Under the pieces are notes generated by a model. The model was not told the DNA's origin. It saw only the letters and a list, made by a program, of their open reading frames with translations, and did not search any database. The position numbers were made by a program, and so were the translations under genes. A DNA stretch of 64,000 nt from Macrostomum lignano (Eukaryota), in the NCBI GenBank assembly GCA_002269645.1, contig NIVC01000036.1, forward strand, positions 395,961 through 459,960, written 5' to 3'. Of this stretch, positions 34,301-45,711 are shown one piece after another. Every line of letters begins with the position of its first letter. The stretch's first letter is position 1.

Positions 34301-35365
34301 GGGATAGGGATCTGGGATAGGGATCTGGGATAGGGATCTGGGATAGGGATCTGGGATAGGGATCTGTGATAGGGATCTGGGATAGGGATCTGGGATAGGG
34401 ATCTGGGATAGGGATCTGGGATAGGGATCTGGGATAGGGATCTGGGATAGGGATCGGGGATAGGGATCTGGGATAGGGATCTGGGATAGGGATCTGGGAT
34501 AGGGATCTGTGATAGGGATCTGGGATAGGGATCTGTGATAGGGATCTGGGATAGGGATCTAGGATAGGGATCTGGGATAGGGATCTGGGATAGGGATCTG
34601 GGATAGGGATCTGGGATAGGGATCTGTGATAGGGATCTGGGATAGGGATCTGTGATAGGGATCTGGGATAGGGATCTAGGATAGGGATCTGGGATAGGGA
34701 TCTGGGATAGGGATCTGGGTAAGGGATCTGTGATAGGGATCTGGGATAGGGATCTGGGTTAGGGATCTGGGATAGGGATCTGGGATAGGGATCTGGGATA
34801 GGGATCTGGGATAGGGATCTGTGATAGGGATCTGTGATAGGGATCTGGGATAGGGATCTGTGATAGGGATCTGGGATAGGGATCTTGATGCGCAATAAAA
34901 TCTAGGTAGCTGTGCAGATAGTAACCAACTAGGGGACCATTGCTCAACCCCCCTGACCAACCCCCGCAGCTGACACTCAACTCAGAGAATCGCACAGTGG
35001 CGGCCTGCTCCAGCACAGCCAGCTTCCGCACCGACACGGCGACCTCATCGGCCCCAATGCGAATATCCAGCTCCGCTCCGACGGCAGGAACTGCTCTGAG
35101 ACCAGCCACTGCACTGAGGTCAGCCACCACCACAACAGACAGCGGTACTCCAACTCGTTCGACAACTTCCAATTCGAAGCGTCAAGTTCGTTCAGAAATT
35201 TCTTTTAGTAGCAGCAAAATTCGCAGCAACGGCAGCGGTGCGTTGGGACGCGCTACAAAATCGACTGGGGCGGCGGCCACGGCGGTAGCGGGATCAAAGT
35301 CTGAGACAATTAAAAGTTCGCTGAATGAGCAAACTTCCAACGAGATGAGAATCAGTGAGCAGTGA
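31316..35365 (+). CDS. Hypothetical protein (~406 aa, at least 3 exons) with a small Cys-containing N-terminal region and a long disordered S/T/R-rich tail
   Basis: Exons 31316-31717, 33029-33451 and 34970-35365, all phase-0 GT-AG with GC-rich coding-like composition. No family recognised; upstream exons are not excluded. Confidence 0.7.
31803..32885. repeat. 30-bp minisatellite (CCAAGCTCCTTAGCAACCACCCCTGCTTGT variants) in intron 1 of the 31316 gene
   Basis: Directly visible. Confidence 0.95.
33457..34885. repeat. 13-bp G-rich minisatellite (GGGATAGGGATCT), ~110 copies, in intron 2 of the 31316 gene
   Basis: Directly visible; starts a few nucleotides after the GT donor. Confidence 0.97.
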
Positions 35366-35664
35366 ATTATTTGTAGTGAGTTTTTTTAGTCTAAGTGTAG
35401 CATGAATTCAAGTATATCCGTAATAAGTTCGCGCACTACTACTTGCAGTCTGCATTTCTGCGTCTTTGATGACAAATTTTCTTTGCTTATCAATTTTTAA
35501 AAAATCCAATTTCACAATATAGGTCCTTATGTTTTTAGAATACTACTTAGTAAAGCAACTATAAGTAGAAATTAAGGGCTTTGCATGCGTTTTTAGACTA
35601 AAAGAGAAAATATTTTTGTCAGTTTTTATAGAATCGTAAATATTACAGAAGAATGGTTTGGACG

Positions 35665-36475
35665 GAGTGGGCTATGGATTGGTGTGGGTTGGTTAGGGTG
35701 GATTGTTGATTGGTGTGGGTTGGTTAGGGTGGATTGTTGATTGGTGTGGGTTGGTTAGGGTGGATTGTAGATTGGTGTGGGTTGGTCAGAGTGGATTGTA
35801 GATTGGTGTGGGTTGGTCAGGATGGACTGTGGATTGGTGTGGATTAGTCAGGATGGACTGTGGATTGGTGTGGATTGGTCAGGGTGGACTGTGGATTAGT
35901 GTGGGTTGGTCAGAGTTGATTGTGGATTGGTGTGGGTTGGTCAGAGTGGATTGTGGATTGGTGTGGGTTGGTAAGAGTGGACTGTGGATTGACTTGGATT
36001 GGTCAGAGTGGATTGTGGATTGGTGTGGGTTGGTCAGAGTGGATTGTAGATTGGTGTGGGTTGGTCAGAGTGGATTGTGGATTGGTGTGGGTTGGTCAGA
36101 GTGGATTGTGGATTGGTGTGGGTTGGTCAGAGTGGATTGTGGATTGGTGTGGGTATGTCAGAGTGGATTGTAGATTGGTGTGGGTTGGTCAGAGTGGATT
36201 GTAGATTGGTGTGGGTTGGTCAGAGTGGATTGTAGATTGGTGTGGGTTGGTCAGAGTTGATTGTGGATTGGTGTGGGTTGGTCAGAGTGGATTGTGGATT
36301 GGTGTGGGTTGGTCAGAGTGGATTGTGGATTGGTGTGGGTATGTCAGAGTGGATTGTAGATTGGTGTGGGTTGGTCAGAGTGGATTGTAGATTGGTGTGG
36401 GTTGGTCAGAGTGGATTTTAGATTGGTGTGGGTTGGTCAGAGTGGATTGTAGATTGGTGTGGGTTGGTCAGAGTG
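35665..36475. repeat. 31-bp minisatellite (GATTGGTGTGGGTTGGTCAGAGTGGATTGTR)
   Basis: Directly visible; period of 31 checked from line offsets. Confidence 0.95.
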
Positions 36476-37139
36476 CATCATAGTGGGGTCAGAAGCATTG
36501 AAGCTGAGACAATTCAACAGCCGTCGACAATGCAACGGTTGAACTTTTGCAATAATTCCGTTGAAATTCATGCTTCTATTCATAATTCATGCATAGGGAA
36601 AGGCAATGTTGAGCTGCGAATTTGCTATGTTAACTTTCTAAAAATATGCACCAAGCATTATGAGTCCGGCACTATGTTTATTGCCAAACAGAAAGGGAGA
36701 CGGAGAGAAAGGCTTTGGCACTCGTCAGATTGCCCTGCCAACAACAGCCTCCTCAGCTGCCCGCCTTCATCTCTGCTTTCCATAATCTACACACGCGCGC
36801 GCGGCACCTCTGCCCCCTGCCTCATCAGAGACTTCCCTATTGGATCTCGTGGGATCTCCTCTCTAGGTCCTGCCCGGGGCAGCAACGGTGTTCACCCTTC
36901 ACCGGATGGCGGAGGCTGGGGGCGAGACCCAGAGCCCATTCAAGCGATTGGGGCAGCAGGTTATAAAAATAGATCTTTTTTTCTAGCAGGACCGAGAAGC
37001 CACAGCCAAGCCTTCCTAGCAGCTTTCGTAGAAGCTTGAAGCCTAAAAGCGTAGCAGGACAAAAACTGGCAATGAATTGACTATAAAGTTACAAATAATA
37101 TCCATTGCTGACTTATCAATAAGAACACCTGAAGCGGAA

Positions 37140-40100
37140 ATGTTCTCCACTTTTTCTGGTGGCCGACGCTATCCGGGCTCAATTTCGCACCGGCACAAGC
37201 ACGTGACCTTCGGCAAAGTTGCCATCGGGGTTGCCAAGGGCACCGCCATGATTGGTGAGTGAGGGGGGGGCATTGTTGTTGACTGGCTTGGAAATCTCTG
37301 CGACTCTCATCTCTCTCTCATCTGTCGGAACCTCATCTCATCTCTGCCTCTCTATATCTCTTGCTCTCTCTGAATCTCATCTTTCCATCTCTCAAATAAT
37401 CCCAGATCTCAATCCCAGAATCTCATGTCTCACTCCCAGATCTCATCTCTCCTCTATCTCAGAATTTCATCTCTCAGAATCCATTCTCAGAGTCTCATCT
37501 TTCCTTTCTCAGAATTTCACATCGACCTTCTCAGAATCTTATTTCTCCCTACTCAGAATCTCATCTCTCCCTACTCAGAATCTCATCTCTCCCTTCTCAG
37601 AATCTCATATATACCTTTTTAGCATCTCATCTCTCCCTAATCAGAATCTCATCTCTCCCTTCACAGAATTTCATATCTACCTTTTCCGAATCTTATCTCT
37701 CTCTTCTCAGAATCTCATCTCTCCCTTCTCAGAATCTCATATATACCTTTTTAGCATCTCATCTCTCCCTAATCAGAATCTCATATATACCTTTTTAGCA
37801 TCTCATCTCTCCCTAATCAGAATCTCATCTCTCCCTTCACAGAATTTCATATCTACCTTTTCCGAATCTTATCTCTCTCTTCTCAGAATCTCATCTCTCC
37901 CTTCTCAGAATCTCATATATACCTTTTTAGCATCTCATCTCTCCCTAATCAGAATCTCATCTCTCCCTTCACAGAATTTCATATCTACCTTTTCCGAATC
38001 TTATCTCTCTCTTCTCAGAATCTCATCTCTCCCTTCTCAGAATCTCATATATACCTTTTTAGCATCTCATCTCTCCCTAATCAGAATCTCATCTCTCCCT
38101 TCATAGAATTTCATATCTACCTTTTCCGAATCTTATCTCTCTCTTCTCAGAATCTCATCTCTCCCTTCTCAGAATCTCATATATACCTTTTTAGCATCTC
38201 ATCTCTCCCTAATCAGAATCTCATCTCTCCCTTCACAGAATTTCAAATCTACCTTTTCCGAATCTTATCTCTCTCTTCTCGGAATCTCATATCTACCTTC
38301 TCAGTATTTCATTTCTCTCTTGTCAGAATCTCAATCTCTCCCTTGTCAGAATTTATCTCTCATTTATCTCAGAATTTCATCTCTCCCTTGTTGGAATCTG
38401 ATCTCTCCTCTATCTCAGAATCTCATGTCTCACTCCCAAATCTCATCTCTCCTCTATCTTGGAATCTCATCTCTCCCTACTCAGAATCTCATTTCTCCCT
38501 TGTCAGAATCTCCTCTCTCCTATTCTCTTCCTAATTTATCTAATAATTCGGTCAAACCAGTGTTACAAAAATCTCAATAAACCCCCCAAACACCAAAATT
38601 GCCGCCTGCAGTGATCGGTGTGCCAGTGTGCACCATAGCCGCGGGCATTGGAGCCACCGCCATAGTGGCCTACGGCCTCGCCAGCCCGTTCTATTACGGC
38701 GGCAAGAAATTAGTGAAGAAAATTAGACGTCAAGTGCGAAAAAAAGAAGAGCTGGAGTGCACGGACCGGCTGACGAGAGAGGACATCCTGGTCTGGCTGG
38801 AGAACTGCGAGGGAGAGCCGGGTGAGTCCGTTGTTGCCGGGTGAAATGGATTTAGGTGAATAGATTAAAGTGAATGGATTAGGGTGAATAGATTTGGGTG
38901 AATAGATTAGGGAAAATAGATTAGTGTGAATAAATTAGGGTGAATAGATTAGGGTGAATAGATTAGTGTGAATAAATTAGGGTGAATAGATTAGGGTGAA
39001 TAGATTTGGGTGAATATATTAGGGAAAATAGATTAGTGTGAATAAATTAGGGTGAATAGATTAGGGTGAATAGATTAGTGTGAATAAATTAGGGTGAATA
39101 GATTAGGGTGAATAGATTTGGGTGAATAGATTAGGGAAAATAGATTAGTGTGAATATATTAGGGTGAATAGATTAGAGTGAATAGATTAGGGTGACTAGA
39201 ATAGGGTTAATAGATGAGGGTGAATGGATTAGGGTTAATAGATTTTGGTGACTAGATTAGGGTTAATAGATGAGGGTGAATGGATTAGGGTTAATAGATT
39301 TTGGTGACTAGATTAGGGTTAATAGATGAGGGTGAATGGATTAGGGTGAATAGATTAGGGTGACTAGATTAGGGTTAATAGATGAGGGTGAATGGATTAG
39401 GGTTAATAGATTTTGGTGACTAGATTAGGGTTAATAGATGAGGGTGAATGGATTAGGGTTAATAGATTTTGGTGGATAGATTAGGGTTAATAGATTAGGG
39501 TTAATAGATTAGGGTGAATAGATTAGGGTGAATAGATTAGGGTGAATAGATTAGGGTTAATAGATTAGGGTTAATAGATTAGGGTTAATAGATTAGGGTT
39601 AATAGATTAGGGTGAATAGATTAGGGTGAATAGAATTAGGTGAATAGATGAGGGTGAATGGATTAGGGTTAATAGATTAGGGTGAATTGATTAGGGTGAA
39701 TAGATTAGGGTGAATAGATTAGGGTTAATAGATTAGGGTTAATAGATTAGGGTTAATAGATTAGGGTGAATAGAATTAGGTGAATAGATTAGAGTGGATA
39801 GATTTGGAAGAATGGATTTGGTTTTGCCCTCAATTGACCTCATGAATTAAAACACGTGATGCGAGACACAAAGAGAGCGATCGTGCGTGAACGCTGGCAA
39901 GAAATTGTATCCGGATCCGATATTTACAATTCCAGCTTCCATTTCAAAGACTGCTGCACCAGTTAGTCATAGGTTAGTGATAGAACTGTATCATTAGCAG
40001 TCAAAAAGTCATCTGCATCCTCTTTTCGTACATCTTTCTGGAATTTCCCTGAAAGAGTTTCTCGATAGACATTTTCCCTACTTTGGCCGATATGTATCGA

Positions 40101-43100
40101 AAGATAACTTAATGAACCGTAAAAATAGGATTGAATTGTGGACTTTATTAAGTGAGCCAACAAATTGCTTGATTACTAAAAAGTATATCAATAGTCGATT
40201 GTTCATCTTGAGCCTAGTAACTAGCACTCGTACTTTTCTGGAAGCAGTGCCAGGTCCAAATGCATGCAGTGAATGCAATCAGTAGGCCTTGGTAACTCTT
40301 GGCAACTCTCTTTTTGTACTTTGTGACAGGCTTTTTTATTAGAGGCCTCCTGGCGCACTTTAAGCGACATTGTCACACAACCGGCGAGAGGCATTACTGC
40401 CCATTCCGCCGACTCCCCTAAACAGGCACACAAGCGCGCGAATACGTACGCAGTCATACGCGCAGGCACACACTCACACAGGAGTGTACAGCGGCCATAA
40501 CTTCATTTATCGTTAGGCATGTACACTTCACTGTGCCTTGGGAGTTGGTCCTCAAGGCCGTTAATTTCACGAGCAGAGCCAAGCCGAGATTCCAATTGAG
40601 CCCCGAATTAATGCGACTGCACTTGGAATCGAGCCTGGGCTGCTGGCACATCAGAGCGCGGCGCTAAGTCGCCCCCTTCGTGACAGCCTGCCTTCCCTTC
40701 TCCTTCCGGAGGTTGAGCTGGAAGAGGCCACTGGCAGAGCAACATCATATTTCATGATGACTTCTTTTCTTGGGCAGCAGACGAGAGCACCTGCGCTGTA
40801 GTCTTCTTTAAATCATTTTCGCATTTGCATTATTGGGTTTGGGCTCGACCACCTATATTTGTTAGCTTGGTCCTTCTGCTCAACTCTCTCAATCATTTTA
40901 ACAAACAATCGTCAACAAACAACCGTCAACAAAAAACCGTCTCAACAAACAACCGTCACAACAAACAACCATCTCAACAAACAACCGTCACAACAAACAA
41001 CCGTCACAACAAACAACCATCTCAACAAACAACCGTCACAACAAACAACCGTCACAACAAACAACCGTCACAACAAACAACCGTCACAACAAACAACCAT
41101 CTCAACAAACAACCGTCACAACAAACAACCGTCACAACAAACAACCGTCACAACAAACAACCGTCACAACAAACAACCGTCACAACAAACAACCGTCACA
41201 ACAAACAACCATCACAAGAAACAACCATCTCAACAAACAACCGTCACAACAAACAACCGTCACAACAAACGGACGCCCATCCATTTGCAGACTCCTCAAT
41301 TCAGTTCGCCGATGTCTCAGCCGACGAAGTCCATCTAATCGATGCCGCAGACTCGAAGTTCTCGAGCTCAGTTTCCGGTTCGGCGCTGCGGCTCGGAGCT
41401 GCGGCTTCTTCAACTGCGGCCAATTTTGGCGCCAGTCAGCAGCGCAAGAAGCCGGCGCTGAGGCGCCTGTTCAGCCGCGAGAACCGCTCCGGATTTCTGC
41501 TGCTGCGGGGCGCCTCCTCACCAACGGAGGTTGGCGGAGCCACCGCCGCCGCCGCCGCCGCCGACGCCTCTTCGAAAATTGTCGCTGACGAGGGCGCCAT
41601 CGGTGGCGCCTACCAAGCGTTGGTGAACGAGTCGGATGAGTCCGAGATTGAGGGACCCGGTGAGCATGCCAGGAAGTGCGATTGATGGCGCTGATTCGGG
41701 TCTTGGAGATTGGCGCCACTTCTAGGTGTCAGGGATCGGCGCTACTTTTAGTTGTCAGGGGCTGGCGCCACTTCTAGGTGTCAGGGATCGGCGCCACTTC
41801 TAGGTGTCAGGGATCGGCGCCACTTCTAGGTGTCAGGGATCGGCGCCACTTCTAGGTGTCAGGGATCGGCGCCACTTCTAGGTGTCAGGGATCGGCGCCA
41901 CTTCTAGGTGTCAGGGATCGGCGCCACTTTTAGTTTTTAAGGAGTGGCGCCACTTTAATTTAAGGATTGGCGCCACTTCTAGGTTTCAGGGATCGGCGCT
42001 ACTTTAATTTTAGGAATCGGCGCCATTTCTAGCTGTCATAGATTGGCGCCACTTCTAGCTGTCTGGGATTGGCGCCACTTTTAGGTGTCAGGCATCGGCG
42101 CCACTTCTAGGTTACAGGGATCGGCGCCACTTTTAGGGATCGGGGCCGCTTTTAGGTTTTAAGGATTGGCGCCACTTTTAGGTTTTAAGGATTGGCGCCA
42201 CTTCTAGGTGTCATGGATCGGCGCCACTTTTAGGGATCGGGGCCACTTTTTAGGCTTTAAGGATCGGCGCCACTTCTAGGTGTCATGGATTGGCCCCATT
42301 TGCTAGATGTCAGGGATCGGCGCCACTTTAATTTTAGGGATCGGTGCCACTTCTGGATGCGAGGAATTGACGCTAGAAATCATGCAATCAGCTTTCACCA
42401 TTTTCCGTTCTCTCTGGCACAGCGGGGTACTGCAGGGCTCTTTCGGCTTGATTCAGCTCACTGACTTGGCCTGCAGGACTCTCTATTCAAAACCACGCAC
42501 CGCTAGGCCCATTGTCAACAATGGGTTCACTCCGTCCTCTGTGTAAGCAGCTGCCCTGATTTCCTGAGCACCTGACTCAAGCTGCTCAGCTTCAAAAATC
42601 CCAATGTCGACCTTCATTGAGCCACCATCTCTCATTGTGTGCTCAGCACTCTTCTATAAATAGATTGTTGGATGGAAATCTTAAATCGTTGAATCTGAAT
42701 CGCAAAAATTCACTGTGAATCTCGACCATTCACTGTGAATCTGAATAATTCACTGTGAATCACAACCATTCACTGTGAACTGCAATAATTCACTGTGAAT
42801 CTCAAACATTCAATGTGAACTGCAACCATTCACTGTGAATCTCAACCATTCACTGTGAACCGCAAAAATTCACTGTGAATCACAACCATTCACTGTGAAC
42901 CGCATTCTTTCACAATCCTCCTCCCGATTGCAGAGCAGGAGGAGCTGTGGCGCGAGATGGAGCACGTTGTGAATCGACTCAGACAGGACCGCCTGTCCAT
43001 CTGCCCGGAGAACATTGTCACAGTGGACCGGCCGCTCATTCTCGAGAACAGTCAGGATGTGATGCAACTCATTGAACGACTTCAACTCGGAGGCCACCTT

Positions 43101-43316
43101 CGCCAGCTGACCCGAGCTGCATCCATGCCGTCCATCAGCCAGTGGCAGTCGCAATTCCCGAAGCCCGAGGACGATCTGCTGTCCAGTTTGCCGCAGGCCA
43201 GTCTGACTGTGCAGAAGAGGCGCTATCTGAGAGCCGTGTCCGACAATGGCGTGTTGCCGTGTCGAAGGGAGGCGCCCGCGGCGGCCGCCGCTGTGGCGTC
43301 CGAGCCAGTCAGCTGA
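37140..43316 (+). CDS. Hypothetical membrane-anchored protein (~358 aa, 4 exons)
   Basis: Exons 37140-37254, 38612-38821, 41291-41659 and 42934-43316, all phase-1 GT-AG junctions, 1077 nt in total. An N-terminal Gly/Ala-rich hydrophobic segment (VAIGVAKGTAMIVIGVPVCTIAAGIGATAIVAYGLASPFYYGG) is followed by a basic stretch KKLVKKIRR. No family recognised. Confidence 0.65.
37300..38540. repeat. CT-rich ~22-bp minisatellite (CTCAGAATCTCATCTCTCCCTT) with a 132-bp higher-order unit
   Basis: The marker TCATATATAC recurs at 37781, 37913 and 38045 (period 132). Confidence 0.92.
38850..39810. repeat. 14-bp minisatellite containing TTAGGG (GATTAGGGTGAATA / GATTAGGGTTAATA)
   Basis: Directly visible. Confidence 0.95.
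40465..40670 (-). mobile_element. tRNA-derived SINE, family A copy 2
   Basis: Shares TTAGGCATG.ACACTTCACTGTGCC..GAGCCAAGCCGAGATTCCAATT..CTGCACTTGGAATC.AGCCTGGGC with 21420-21590. B-box-like GGCTCGATTCC on the minus strand. Confidence 0.75.
40905..41270. repeat. 16-bp minisatellite (ACAACAAACAACCGTC)
   Basis: Directly visible; ends just before the acceptor at 41290. Confidence 0.95.
41695..42340. repeat. 26-bp minisatellite (GGCGCCACTTCTAGGTGTCAGGGATC)
   Basis: Directly visible. Confidence 0.93.
42700..42900. repeat. 20-bp minisatellite (ATTCACTGTGAATCTCAACC variants)
   Basis: Directly visible. Confidence 0.9.
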
Positions 43317-43419
43317 TTGTGCAACTGAAGTGTGTCTTTGTTGTTGCTGTCAATATGTACATGCGGCGACTTAAGCTCAGACAATAGACTTCAAGAAGTA
43401 CCGACTAGATGAATCTCGG

Positions 43420-44265
43420 ACAGAAGATCTGGGATACAATCCGAGTATCTCGGACATGAGTTTTCTGATGCTAGAATTTGAACACTATAACTCGGACGCA
43501 AGATTTAAGATACTAGACTTCAGGCACGTTATCTCGGACACCATATCTCTGATACTATATCTCGGACACCATATCTCTGATACTATATCTCGGACAGTAT
43601 ATCTTGAACACTAGATCTCGGACAATAGATCTCGGACACGATATCTCGGACACTGGTTATCGGACACTAGATGTGGGACAATACTAGTAGATCTTGAACA
43701 CTATATCTCGGACACTATAATTCGGATAGTAGATCTCGGACACAAGATCTCGGACACTAGATCTCGGACAATAGATCTTGGACAATAGATCTCGGACAAT
43801 AGATCTTGGACAATAGATCTCGGACAATAGATCTCGGACACGATATTTCGGACACGATATCTCGGACACTAGATCTGGGACAATACTAGTAGATCTTGAA
43901 CACTATATCTCGGACACTATAATTCGGATACTAGATCTCGGACAATAGATCTCGGACAATAGATCTCGGACACTAGATCTCGGACAATAGATCTCATGCA
44001 CAAGATCTCGGACAATAGATCTCGGACACTAGATCTCGGACAATAGATCTCATGCACAAGATCTCGGACAATAGATCTCGGAAACTAGATATCGGTCACT
44101 AGATATCGGACGCTACTATTAGATCTTGGACACTATATCTCGGACACTATAATTCGGACACTAGATCTCGGACATTTGAGCTTGGACACTAAATCTCGGA
44201 CACTAGATATCGGACACTAGATCTTGGACACTATAATTACTATAATTCAGACACTAGATCTTAGA
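43420..44265. repeat. Degenerate 14-bp minisatellite (TAGATCTCGGACAC / TAGATCTCGGACAA)
   Basis: Directly visible. Confidence 0.9.
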
Positions 44266-44769
44266 TGTTAGGCTCTGAAGCAAGTTTCTTCAATCTCATT
44301 ATGGGCTGTGTGTTATAAGCAAGTGGTAAATCATTTTTACGTATAATTACCATTCTACATGTACATTTAAACAAACTGGCAAAGCGATTGTGTTTAATTT
44401 AAAAATTCCTTCACCGAAACAAATGAAATTATTCGGAGCTGGATGAATTGGCTTGGAAAATTTGTTCTGTGAACTTCAAATCAACAAAGTTTGACTTTTT
44501 CTGTTTTTTAAATATTTTTTGTTTTAAACGTTTGTTTCTTGTACATACTGAAACCTGTCGTTGTACTTCGATCGCATATGTTAAACAAAACAAGAACGAA
44601 TTAACTGCGTGTGGAGAAAATTCTGCAATAGTAAAACAGATGTTGGAAATCGATTAATCAATCGTTGTATGCGATAAATAGCCAGTTGAAATTTTGAGTT
44701 TCGCGTTATTCTTTATTCAAAATTCGGCCCTAGTGAGGATTCTCAGGCTCGTATTGCGAAGGGAACTTG

Positions 44770-44981
44770 AGGGTGGGAGCTGAGGAAAGGGGAGAGGCAG
44801 ATGGAGACGGGGAGAAGAAGAGAGAGGTTGAGGGAGACGAGAGAGGGGGAGGGGGAGGAAGAGGGAGGGAAGAGAGGGAGACGGTGATGGGAGAAGGAGG
44901 TGAAGGGGTTGGTGGAGGGTAAGGGGAGAGGGAGAGATCGAGAGAATCAGGGAGACTCAAAGGGATAAGGAGAAATAGAGT

Positions 44982-45059
<78 letters not shown>

Positions 45060-45190
45060 TTAGGAGAGAGGGAGAGGGAGAGGGATTAGGGGAGATGGAG
45101 AGGGATTAGGGCAGAGGGAGAGGGGGGATTAGGAGAGAGAGAGGGAGAGGGATTAGGGGAGAGGGAGAGGGAGACGAGAAAGGGAGTTAG
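44770..45190. repeat. Polypurine tract including (AG)n at ~44985-45056
   Basis: Directly visible. Confidence 0.9.
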
Positions 45191-45711
45191 GAGCAGCCGC
45201 AAGCCAAAATTACCGGACAAAGAGCCCTGGCGACAAAGCAGACCCTCCCCAGCTCCCTCATCAAAGCTGCGCCAAAGAAAACCTCCCTGAGCCGCGCAGT
45301 TTCGTGTTTCCCTCTTGCCCAGCCAAATCCAAGGGCAACACAAAGCACAGTGCGCTTAGCAGGCACAGGATTATCTCCCTCCAATATCTGAGTGGCTCAA
45401 ATAGCTAGCGCAGCTGCTCCATTTTCTGTTGCCTTTCGAACATTATTTGATCAGTGCATAATTTTTCTCACCGAGACTGGCGACTACTCGGAATGCACAT
45501 GTACAGGGCGAGGCCGGGGAGGAAGTGTAGAGCCCAACTGTATTAAATATTTCACAGCGCCCTCAAGCTCAGGGCAGCGGGTTGCAAATGCGTGCGTTAG
45601 ACACGAGTAGGTTGCGTATGAACTTTTCATGGCGAACTTCTTATCAGCTTACAGATGGTCGACTCGGCTCACTGAGTCAAGGCGTTTTAGGACTGGAGTC
45701 GTCTGCGTCCA

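Noticed and set aside
33447-34895. 482-aa Pro-rich ORF (IPIPDPYPRSLSQ repeats)
   Set aside because: Antisense reading of the 13-bp intronic array of the plus-strand gene.
42400-42620. Complex-sequence island in intron 3 of the 37140 gene as an extra exon
   Set aside because: Its splice phases are incompatible with the flanking phase-1 exons and the frames contain stops.
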